52,363 bases of DNA from the NCBI RefSeq assembly GCF_004010195.1, contig NC_057718.1:44304949-44357311 (forward strand). Reading direction: 5' to 3'. The translations under genes and the position numbers were made by a program. Position 1 is the first letter of the stretch. Every line of letters begins with the position of its first letter. Below the pieces are notes generated by a model, which was not told the origin of the DNA, did not search any database, and saw only the letters and a program-made list of their open reading frames with translations. The DNA comes from Chiloscyllium plagiosum. Its lineage: Eukaryota. Positions 25,271 through 36,600 of the stretch are shown in pieces.

Positions 25271-26116
25271 GGTATGGGTCTCAGTCTCTCACCAAACTGT
25301 ATGCTGTCTTCAGCTGAGACAAGAGAAGACTGAGGGATGTGAGAGCTCATGATGACTTATGTGCAAAGGAGGAAAGACACCATTGATGAAAATTAACTAT
25401 GGGAGGTTGAGGATGACTGAGCTTTAGCCATTCAGATGGGGATGTGAAGCACCAGGAGAGTGAGAAGTGAGTGGATCTGCAAGGTTTCTTGTTCTGAGTA
25501 ATACTGTGCAGGAGAATGCTAGGAGAGTCAGAGTGTGATGGCTAGCACCTAAAAGTGCTGTGCCACCAGCAGTGATCCTCGACTCATTAGGTACACTGTG
25601 TCCAGCATAGATGGAGTACACTTTTCCTGCTAATTCCTCGGCACTTCTATCTATATCTACTTTGTTGCAGTGGTTATCCTCTTCCTCCAATTTTTGGGAG
25701 AGTTCATTTCACAGCAGCCCCTCAGATTCTTCAGCTGGTCCTCAAGTTCTAGGGCCATTCTTCCCGGAACCTGGCCTGTTTAATTAGAAATCCTTTCTTT
25801 GACAGATTGGACATGTATTTTTCTTCCTGAAATTGGTTGGAAAATCTAAAGAAGTGATATTAATGCTGTCGCTCTGGGAAAGAGCCTTGAAATTTTGGAC
25901 AATTGCCTTCTCATCTAAGAAATTCCAGGAGAGACAAAAGCTATTAGATCCTGATCCACAACGCATTTATATGTCTGCTACTTGGTTGTCCTGTGCTTTG
26001 GCTATTGGTGGGCCCATTGGACAAACGATGGGGCCAGGGTCAGGGTTATGCCAAGACCCTGAGCAGAGACTTGTATAGTGGCCCCTGTTTTGTGTCCCTG
26101 GACCTGCATACAATGG

Positions 26117-26267
26117 GTAAAAACAATGACGGAAGATGCTGGAAACCAGAGTCTAGATTAGAGTGGTGCTGGAAAAGCACAGCAGTTCAGGCAGCATCCG
26201 AGGAGCAGTAAAATCGACATTTTGGGCAAAAGCCCTTCATCAGGAATATCCTCTAGAGAATCTAGAC
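26117..26267 (-). mobile_element. Short Penelope-terminus element (variant subfamily)
   Basis: gatgctggaaaccagagtctagatt...gcagcatccgaggagcag...gggcaaaagcccttcatcagg; 14-bp TSD cctgcatacaatgg at 26103-26116 and 26268-26281. Confidence 0.8.
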
Positions 26268-26565
26268 CCTGCATACAATGGTTGTCCATATAAGCTCTCC
26301 AGAGGAAGCAAAATCATAGCTTGGAAATGCCAGTCAGCCCTTTAAAGAGGCCTTGGATCTGGATGAGGAATAACTTGGGGATATGGGAGAGGGTAACAGT
26401 GAGTGAAAATACAGGTAATTGCAACTGGGTACAGGAAGGATGGGTCATGCTTAGTAGTGATTACAGAAGATTTGGGAGGATAGAAATCAGGATCAGGTGG
26501 CTGTATTGGCTAGAATTGAAAAGGTAACTATGCCAATCACATTTTGTTGGGAGATAGTAACCATT

Positions 26566-26655
26566 AGGAAATGTGAGGACTGCAGATGCTGGGGAGTCAG
26601 AGTTGAAAAGAGTGGCATTGGAAAAGCACAGCAGCATCCCAGGAGCAGGAGAGCC
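26566..26655 (-). mobile_element. Truncated short Penelope-terminus element
   Basis: aggaaatgtgaggactgcagatgctgg...ggaaaagcacagcagcatcccaggagcaggag. Confidence 0.65.
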
Positions 26656-27760
26656 CATTGACAAGTAGCCATTGACAAGAGTATGGGCAGGGCAATGATA
26701 ACTGGTAGCAATCCACAAGATTTGATTGTGGCTCTTCCTGTTTTACATCCAGTATAGTCAATTTTAAATTTGTGCTGTTTGTTGCTGTCTCCAGTCATCC
26801 CTTTAGAGAAAGTGCACTAGATACTAGTATCAGGAAAACTAAGGAAGGTTGATTGTAGGCCTTGGAAAGATTATTGAGTGAGAGAAAGTAGCAAGGTTAT
26901 GGAATAACTTTTAAAACAAAGCTGAAAATTTAATTTTGAGATAGCAAAGTATCAAAATCAGTGAAGTGTTAGACAACCTAGACTTGTTGGAGGATGTTGT
27001 CAGTAGAACTTTAAGTAAGTTGATATTTGCCAAGTTTTGAGGAAATAACAATTATTTTCGATTGGAAAAAGTTTGGCAGGAAGCAAACACTATTTATATA
27101 TATTTGAATTACAGCGCATTTGGTCTAATAAGCTTCCAACAATTTCTGGATAAACTATAACATTGCTGCCATTAACACTTTGCCTTATCACTCATTCATC
27201 AGAAGAGTTTTAGAAACTAGGAATATAAATGGTAAATAAGTGCTTTATATTCCTCACTGAATAAAAGATGTCAACACCATCTATTGTACAAAGCATTCAT
27301 TCGAGACTGTGCTAATTTTCTGTGTTTGAAAGAAGTTGGGAACGAACGTGCTCCTGCTGAAAATTATTCACCAGGTCTCTTTTCAAAGCTGTTTTGATCT
27401 ATCATCCTGATTGATCACTGTGTAATTGGCTTTTATTGAACCTAATTTAACCCTATAAACTCATACATCTAGACTGTCCATTTGCTCTGACATGATACAA
27501 ATTACTTACAAATGCATATGTTGACCCATACCAGCTTTGACAGTAATCATGTTTAATTATACTAATAGTTTCTGATAAATTTGATTAGAGAATGGTACAT
27601 TTGTTTAGTCACTTCTTGATGAAGCTAAAATTTAATTTTCCTTTGCCAGCTTCTAAAGCATATTGTGAAAATAAATGCTGACTTTTTTGCATAGCATGCA
27701 CAACATTCAATTTTTATATTTAGTTTGCAGCCAGTATTTTGTGCACAGCTATCAGCTATT

Positions 27761-27828
27761 AGGGTGCCACAGTGGCTCAGTGGTTAGCATTGCTACCTCA
27801 CAGCACTAAGAACCTGGGTTCAATTCCA
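27761..27828 (+). mobile_element. HE1 SINE 5' head (tRNA-derived part only)
   Basis: gtggctcagtggttagcattgctacctcacagcac...ctgggttcaattcc. Confidence 0.8.
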
Positions 27829-28112
27829 ATCATAGAATCCCTATAGTGGAAGTAGGCCATTTAACCCATCGAGTTCATACCGGTCCTCTGAAGAACATTC
27901 TGTGACCCACACCCCCTAACCTATCACCCTCCATTATCCATCTAATCTGCACATTTTTGGACTATGGGAGGAAACTGGAGCACCCAGCTGAAACCCCTGC
28001 AGACACAGGGAGAACATACAAACTTCACATAGACAGTCACCTGAGGGTAGAATCAAACCCATGTCCTTGGTGCTGTGAAGCAACAGTGGTAACCACTGAG
28101 CCACCATGTTCC
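27829..28112 (-). mobile_element. HE1-type SINE
   Basis: Reverse-strand tail, V-domain and tRNA head (ctgcacatttttggactatgggaggaaactggagcacc...aaccactgagccaccatg). Confidence 0.88.
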
Positions 28113-29324
28113 ACCTCACCCCTGCCCCCCGCACCCCCCACTCCCACCCTCCCCAATTGGGAGGAGGAAAATACAAAGCAGATATAAAACAATGCTGTGC
28201 AGGGAGATATGACTGGAACCAATTTTGACTCAAAGGTCTTGTCGAGATGTTGCAAACATCAGGGACATGTGACCCATGCAAAGGTTAGCTGAGCCCTTCT
28301 AACCCAGCAGGCTCTAAAATTCACTTTGAGATACCATGCATATGTACCAGTTGAAGACATGCCATTGAACTGATCCATTCTTAATTGCAATGACTGCTGC
28401 ATATCTCAATAGTGGTCTCATTTTGAAGGAACCTTGCTTCTTTTCCTTCCTTTCTAGCTTTACCACTCAGGAACAGAAGCCTACCTGTCTGGATAACACT
28501 AGTGTGTTCAAAGAGAAACACTGTGCATGTTTACCATGAAATGAAACCCCAGTGAATCACTCAGCAGTCCCCTCTGACATAGTGATTCTATTGTTGAGTG
28601 CCAGTTCAGGGATCAGCAGCATCAGTGCAGAGAACCCTCCAGTGAACGACCCTGCTGCATGGATGATCCCTCAGTACAGAGGGTTCAAGAAGGTCACTAT
28701 ATTATTGACTCCTCGCACCCCCTGTCCCCATTGGTGACTGCCTCAGTTCTTGGCTGGGACTCCTGTTTGCAGGATGATAACATCAGCTGGACACAACTGC
28801 ACCCACTTCTATTGCTTGGCCCCACTAGTGTTACTGACTAGTCAATGCTGTAGAAAACTGCATGCAATCTATGCTGTTCCTTTATCTGTTCATGCTGCTG
28901 ATTCTCTCAGAAGTTGGCCCACTTTCTCAATGGAGGAGCTTGCTTGTTCACAATACTGCACCAGGGTGATGCACAGGAGCTGGCTTTGGGAGACACAAGC
29001 AGGAGCTTGTGAGAACTTGTCTGTGACAGCAGAAGTCTCTGCAATGCTGTAGCTTTCCAATGCTGCTGCTCTTTGGCATGCTGTCAGTGACAGAGAAGTA
29101 CACTGCAGCCCAACCCACTGTCACCTTCTCCCACTTGGTTCTGTGAGGCCATCCTGGTGAGTTGTTCCCTCCCACTCTACTGTATTGATAATGACAAGGG
29201 GGAGCAGCACCTTTCCTGTGTGAACCCTCTCCCAGGAATTAGGTCTCCTTTTATCCTCAATGGACAAAAGAGAGAAGGGTAATGCTGATGACAATCACCA
29301 GTGCTAGCTGCCCATTCTCAGACG

Positions 29325-29543
29325 AAGCTTCATGCAACAATGCTGCTGGGTCCTTCACACTACATCTCTATGGCTGACTCTTTTAGCCACTTTGAGCCAT
29401 GCCGTTTGCTTGGCTGGATAACTTTCTCCCAGTGCACCCTGGAAAAAACCTTCATCTTCTGCCTCATAGGCAGGAGGACCTCAAGATCAACAGCTATAAA
29501 GTAACGGGGTCAGACAGGGCTCTGTGTCTCCTCCTTTCATCTG
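29325..29543 (-). mobile_element. Harbinger Myb/SANT-like ORF remnant
   Basis: Minus-strand PRYFIAVDLEVLL...TAWLKVAKRVSHRDVV*RTQQHC resembles F...DLEVLL...AW.EVA..VS.....RT..QC. Confidence 0.5.
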
Positions 29544-30789
29544 GTGTTTGCATCTTATTTCCAAGTTTCTACCTTAATAAAGGCTGCACTCCAGAGTCCC
29601 TTCTTCTATCCCACACTCGCTGCTACTAATTGGTTGTCCAACCTGCCTTCCAGCCAATTAGCAGCCCAGCTCTGTGAAAATCATGGGCTTTGACTACTTT
29701 TTCCTCTTTGTCTGGTGTTGGCACAGGGTAGGGGCAAGTTTGTGTTGGTGGTGGTGGAAAGTTAAAATCCAAAGATGGTTAAAATGTGTCAGGTTTCTAA
29801 CCCTGAAACATGGTCCAGTATCAGAGTGCAGATATTTAAATACCTGATTTATACTGGGTATGTCTCACTTGGACATTAGTGTCACTTGAGGCCTTAAGGT
29901 ATATCCTTTCTGAGACGTGATTTCTATCATCTTCCACCTTTCCATCAGTGTCCATGGTGATGCACTCTGCCTATCTTACTTGCCTTGCCCACTCCTTACT
30001 CCTTCAACACATAAAGATATCCAAACCTACTCTTTCCATAACAATTATCTTATGCTCTACATATACCTGAAGAGCATAACTTCACACATGGAATCAGATG
30101 ATGAGTACTCTTTTTGGAGGAAGGCAGTCCTCAGTAAAGAGAAATAGCCAGGACTCGTGTAAATCCATGACATTGTATAATCTGACACTTTCTGAGGAGC
30201 AGACATTGCAGGTTCATAGCTGGAGCTCAGGGTAGGTGACAGGCAATGTATTTCAGAATTTGTGCAACATTTTTTTCTAATACCCATCCTATTAACCCAC
30301 AAATGCAATCTGATCCATGTACATTAAAAGCTTCATACCAACCATCTGATGAAAGCTATGTTTTGGACATTTTCCTTTTTTTTTAATGGAGAGTGGCAGT
30401 ATATTCCTGCTTTCTCATATAAATACAATAGGAACCATTTCTCAATTCCAATCCCAAATATTCAAAAAACTTGAGTGTCTGCATGATTAAACTCAAGACA
30501 GCCAATTAACAGACCACTTCTGGATCGCCATCCAATTAAGGACAAATATGAACTGCACAGACAGGAGCTCCACTGGGAATATTCACGGCTCTAGACTGCA
30601 GGCGGGGCTACTGGAAAAGGGTGCTGCCACTGGAGGTAGGGCACTGCGAGGGTATGGATGGAGATACCCTGTACAGACATTTGAATGCTCAAAAATAGAC
30701 TGGAACCAGCACTGCTCTGTCATCATTGTGGAAGGGAAACCCTTCCAGAAAATGTCCAGTAATTCTGTCCACATCCGGCACTTCCTCAG

Positions 30790-30990
30790 GAAATTCATTC
30801 CACACGTGAACCAACCTCTGTGTAAAAGGTTTGCCCCCACGACTTTTTAAAATCTTTCTCCTCTCACCTTCAAGACATGCTCCCTAGTTTTGAAATCTCC
30901 CATCCTATGAAAAAGACAACTGCCATTAATCCTACTGTATACCCCTCATAATTTTATAAACCTCTATAAGGTCACTTTTCAACTTCCTAT
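30790..30990 (-). mobile_element. CR1 3' fragment
   Basis: aattcattccacacgtgaaccaacctctgtgtaaaa...cccctcataattttataaacctctataaggtcac. Confidence 0.75.
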
Positions 30991-31451
30991 GTTAAGGAGA
31001 AATACCCAGAAAGGTAGTTCAGCACAACTCACACTTGCTAACATGAAAATGGTACCAAGTAGCAGGTTCCAGTATCTGATGGACTTGTCTTCGCATTAAA
31101 TAATTAATTAGATATTAGATGACATACTAGATGCTGCATTTAGTTTCCTATGTGAAGCTCAGGTAACAAATGGGCTGTGCAGGGATATGGGGCTGGAAAT
31201 TCACCTCAGGAGTTAATGAAATTAAATATAAGGTGTTCCATGTAACAGACAGCTGATTCAATACTGCCTATTTTGCACCAGCACCTGAGAGAAATTTCTA
31301 CCATGCAGTCTTGCTGGCCGACAAGTCAAGCAGGTTTACAAATATATAAATTCATCATTAATCACAGAAGATGGGGAAAGTGGTGAGAGGACTGGAAATG
31401 GGAACTGCTTCTAAAGGTAAGTCTACCAAGTGGTCTTGCGTCTGACAGAAA

Positions 31452-34400
31452 TGTCTGTATCACCATACAGATTCCAGACCAGACAGTCATGTACCTTTAA
31501 GACATTACAACAGGTGGCATGCCAGTATAACCATACTCACTTCTCTGTATGTGATGGAGTCAGTGTAGTGTGTTCAGTCAGTTAGCTATGTGTGTGTAAT
31601 GTACAGCAATATCAGTTACCTCTGGATCCAGACTAGATATGTCTAGGTATCTGCAGAGTTAGTGTTGTTAATAAACTTCAAGACACCTGTCTGTCTTATT
31701 AAGAAAACAAATTTCTGGGGTACATATTTTGTGAACTAAAAATAGAAAACTACAAAGTACATCATGGCAGTGGTAAATGAGCACCTGAAGTGAATTAGTG
31801 AAAAGTGGATGCTCAAGGCTGAAAAGGTGACAGCAGTGTGTCAGTTGTGGAAAGTATTTTTTTGCAAGTCATAGAGGTGTGTGGCATGGAAACGTATTCA
31901 TCCAGCAGTCTGAATTCAAAACTGAAATTATAACCACAACCAAAACTAAAGTGATACAACTGAAACTAAAGGCTAAAAGGCTGAAGCAGAGTGGGTATTG
32001 TACCAAACATGAGAAGCGACTGCTGGTCAAATTTTTAACAATTGGAGTTTAAAAGGACAGCATCAATGTAAGAAAGAGACACTACAACGTAAAGCGATAG
32101 AAAAAATATTTTCTAGGCTATAGAGGCTATACCTGCATTCAGAGTCATTTGGTTTATCAAATTCTTCTTTAAATTGGCACAAAAATATAAAAAGATGTGT
32201 GCGACATCATCACTACTTCTTTCTTGACACAAACAACACCCACGGCCACAAGCCTGCGTCTTTTAAAGGAGCAGAAATGTTTAAAGCAACAGTAATAAAA
32301 GGATCAGAGAAGCTAACAAAAAAATGGAAAAGCACTGCATTGCAAAACAGATTGTTACACCGAAAGTTTGGAGAACATAAAGCTGCACAAATAAGATTAA
32401 AAGCATTTAGTGTTGATTAAAAGTAAGGAATTTGATTTCACTGAGGTTAATTTAGTTAAAAGGATTGCAAGTTTCCACATCCATCAAATCCTTCAGAAAA
32501 GCAATTCTGCATTAACCCACTGACTCTACTAGAAGGACACGAATTTGAAGCAATTGTAGCCAGCCAGCATCTGCAAGTGCTTGTCTCTGAAAGAACTATT
32601 GCAGTCATCAACAGGTTCTGTAGAACATCCAAATCTCATGTGCAATATAGCTTGTCTCTCTCATCAAAAGAGTGTCCAGCATATTATGACATATGCAAGC
32701 TACATTCACAAGAGGACCTTGGGCCAAAGCATGTAGGAAGTCCAATAGCTTGGAGAAAGTAGAACAGAATGCCCCACAGCAGCACGTGAAGAGCAGCCAA
32801 CCACGGAACAATGCCAAAGAGCCTTCCAAAATTCTGTTCATGGCATGGAAACATGTCAACAACGTCCAAAGAGCAATCACAATGTCACAGCATGCAGACC
32901 CCTGCCAGACATTTGTTCAATTTGACACACCACATGGGCACAGTCAGAAAAGCTGAAGCCTTTACCTCCACTCAAGTGGTATACCCAAAAAGCAATAGAT
33001 AACATGCAGCATATGCCAAAATAGATACTGGTGCCAGTGCAAAGATAATTTCATTACGCATTAACAAGAGATGTTAACTAATAGAAGACAGAATTGGGAT
33101 AAAGGGGGCATTTTCAGGATGGTAATGCCTAACTAATGCTGAGATCACCATTATTTATAATACACATTAATGACTTGCATGACAGAATTGAATGTACTAT
33201 CACCAAGTTTGCTGATACCATCAAATAGATGGGGAGGCAATTAATGAGGATGACAGAGAGAAACTATAGAGGGATTAAATAAATTGGCATAATCTTAACA
33301 GAAGCAATATAATGTGGGAATTGAGAGATTATGCATGTTGGCAGAAAAAACAAAAGAGCCGAATATTATTTACATGGAGAAATACTGCAGAGAGCTGGAT
33401 TTGTGGGTCCCCTTCCATGATTTGCAAAAATGCTTGCATCCTAGTTCAGTAGCTAGTAGGGAAGGCAAATGTACCACGGGCCTTTATTTCAAAGGGAATG
33501 GAATACAAAACAGGGAGGTTTGCTAAAATTTTACAAGGAAGTCATCAAAACCATAGCTGGAGTGCAATGAATCATTTCAGTCCCCTTATCTAACGAAAGA
33601 TACACAGGCATTGGAGGTAGTCCAGAGAAGGTTCACTAGGTTAAATCCAGTTATAGAGGGACTGCCTTATGAGAAGAGGTTGAGTATTTTAGGCTTGTAC
33701 TCTTTGGAGTTTACAAGAATGAGAGGAGATAATTACGAAAACATAAGATTGTTGAGGGGCTTGACAGAGTAGATTCAGCAATGTTGTTGCTCCTTATGGA
33801 GAATCTAGGTCCGGGAGGGGCATAATCTCCCAGTAAGGCCTCACCCGTTTTATACAGAGATATGGAAGATTTTTCTGTCAGAGGATAGTTATTCCATGGG
33901 GATCTTTACAATCAGGAGCTGTTGAGGCTGGGTCATTCAATATATTCAAGTCAGAGATTGATTTTCAATTAGTAAGAGAATTAAGGGTGATAGCGACAAG
34001 CAGGAAAGTGGAGTGAAGGATTATCTGATCAGCCATGATCTTACTGAATGGTGCAACAGACTCAATGGACCAAATGGCCTACTTTTGCTCCTACATCTTA
34101 TGATCTCATGGCCTTCTTTCCAAACTGCATTTCATCAACCACCTGTCACACAAGATGTCAACTCAAATACCAAAGACATTGTGCCAGCCAACAACACACC
34201 TCAATGACAAGTGATACAAATCCATCCATAACAGCAGATAGCGCATCATAGAGTGAAGCTATACAACCAAGTTGTACAGAGAAAGTATATTTACATGCAT
34301 TCTTGTGCATTTTGCAGCAGAAAAGAATTTGTATTCTTTAAAGATAAAACAAGGGATTTTATATTAATGCATAGATTCTGGACCAGACAGGCCTGTACCT

Positions 34401-34545
34401 TTTAGGCACTTGCATAACATGTGACAATCTAACACAAAGATTGTCTTGTCTAACACTTTTTCTTCAGTCACTCACTCTGTGGAGTCAGTGTTTGGTCAAT
34501 CAGTTGTGTAAATTAAGAACACCAGACACTAGATTTAGTGGAATT
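31452..34545 (+). mobile_element. Old internally deleted Ty3/Gypsy LTR retrotransposon (gag zinc knuckle, protease, two diverged LTRs)
   Basis: KECPAYYDICK...TRGPWAKACRKS (degenerate CCHC knuckle, ~32668-32745) and AKIDTGASA (protease DTG at 33024-33032). Similar blocks gaccagacag..tgtaccttta/t and ggagtcagtgt occur at 31477-31580 and 34381-34505, with purine-rich aaagataaaacaaggga before the second. Confidence 0.7.
33070..34112 (+). mobile_element. Old CR1 LINE 3' portion nested in the Gypsy element
   Basis: KFADT, EVVQRRFTRL, LGLYSLEF motifs; tail gatcagccatgatcttactgaatgg...aatggcctacttttgctcctacatcttatgatc. Confidence 0.85.
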
Positions 34546-36380
34546 TTGTAGATGTCTGAGTGACATGAGATATAGTGAGATATGTGTCAGAATCGAGCAA
34601 GATGGTGGGTGAGGCTTATCTTGACACTAATATTATCCCACCCCATCTTTTAAGCTTTTCATAAGCGGCATGGCAAGATTCTACCTTGACAGCAGTGAGT
34701 TGCCATTTGACCGATATTAACGTGAGTTGAAATCCTTGTTGATGACCCAACTTGCATCATTAATAATCAGGTTGCAATCTTACAAACTTGCCCAACAAAC
34801 GAGACACTAGGCAAACCTGACATGGAAACTATAGCAGGTGTTTGGTGGATTGAGCTCAGTGCTTGCTTCAAATGACTTCCATGTTGGACACTGCACACCA
34901 ACATCTCAGACCATGCTCAATGGACATTTGCAATACTCAGCCCACATTTATGGACACGGGCATTTGACATATGCCAGCCTCTAGGAACCTTCATGGCACA
35001 TTCTGCTCTACTTACAGGATGCTTCTGTACTTGAAGGCTGCACCACAGCCTAACAACTCTCATTTTAATGTTGCTACAAGGACACTGTTCTCAGGGACAC
35101 ACACCCAGCTAATGGAGGCTGCATTTCTGAGCTGTTCACTTGCTGTCATAATGTTCATTTAATCTGTATCTCCCTGGATGCTCACAGCATCCTTGCCTTA
35201 CATTGTCTTGTCTTGCCATTTTGCATTTTGTCCCCTCAAAAAAGATACCAGGCTCATAGTATTATTGTTTTGCTTTGCCATTTAGTGTAGACAGCCAGCC
35301 AGTCAGAGGCTTGTCAAGTTGTCAGCAGAGCTCAGTCAAGACCAGGGGTGACCTTCACTCAGGGAATCCTGCACAGTAAGTCAGCCTCTAGAGGGCAGCC
35401 TCCGATATCAGTCTAGGTCCTACTCAAGGAAGTCAAGTCAGGAATCTTTCCTGCTAAGAGATGAGTAGCCAAATGATGGGCTGCAAACCATGCTCCTGGT
35501 ATGAGAGAGAAGCATGTATTATGGAAGATGAAAGTGGATTGCACAGCTATTAATGGTGCAGTTGTGGAGGTTTCCGAAGCATTTGAACAGGCAGGTCAGA
35601 GGCCATGGAAGGTTAATGGTGTTGGAGTCGGACTGAATGAGAACATGTGGGGCAGATGTTGATGGAAATAATGAGAATGGTAGATCATGAGCCTTGGTGG
35701 GAGATGGGTACAGTGATAGAGTAAGGGTGAGGAATCAGAGAGAAGATGGTGGAGTGGGGAAAGTAATCAGCCTTTCTACAGTGCTGGCTGTTTCTCCAGA
35801 GCCTGAGATTAATTTTACACTGGTGGCAATCTCACACCAGGTGTAGTCTGGTGTTGTGGTCTCGATTGTCAGTCCTGTGGACTGAGGGATGTCCCAACTA
35901 TGCACCAGCCAATCCAGCTCAAGGATTCTGCCCACAAATCAAGGCACTGACTTCCCATCTGTTATGTCCAGGGCCACTATCAGGAAACATGCAGGGCAAC
36001 TCCAGACTTACAGGGCTTGCCGGAATTTTAAAGATGGTGCTTGGATCAGGGATTTTGGTCAGTTCCAGGATAATCAGTGAGTGAAACAGAGATTGTGGTA
36101 AGATGGGGCAGAAATTGGATGTGATACCTACCATCAGGGAGGGAACAGAAATCAATACAATGAGATTGATAAGATTAGGCAAGAAAATGCACTCAACCTC
36201 ATGGTGAAAATCTCTCCAACAAAATCAACACAACTTGAATTAGCCAAAAAACTGTAAGATGCAGACTTATGTGGGTAAGTCTGTGATGTTGTAGCCACAT
36301 ATACAGATAGTGTTGTCAATAAATGCCATGATATCTGACTGAACAACAATTCTGTGGTATGTGTCATACAGATTGACATA

Positions 36381-36600
36381 CAGATTGTTCTGCTATAATA
36401 TGTGTTTTGTTAATGCGAATTCGCTGTAATGCGATTGACGAATTGGGGGTGTTGTTTCTAAAGCACAAACGTTTCAAACGTGTGTTGGCTGTAACACAAT
36501 TACATCACCAACACTTTAAACGCTGTTTCCAAAGCACCATTTTTCTATAATGTTGCAGTTGCACAAGAACACAACCATCGCAATATAGAAGAACCACCTG
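36381..36600. mobile_element. Tc1/mariner (Tigger-like) MITE, 220 bp
   Basis: TA|CAGATTGTTCTGCTATA ... TATAGAAGAACCACCTG|TA (TIRs 14/17 identical), with TA duplication. Confidence 0.75.

Noticed and set aside
28113..28155. C-rich tracts as G-quadruplex regulatory elements (also ~22580 and ~23430)
   Set aside because: Short low-complexity tracts with no supporting context.
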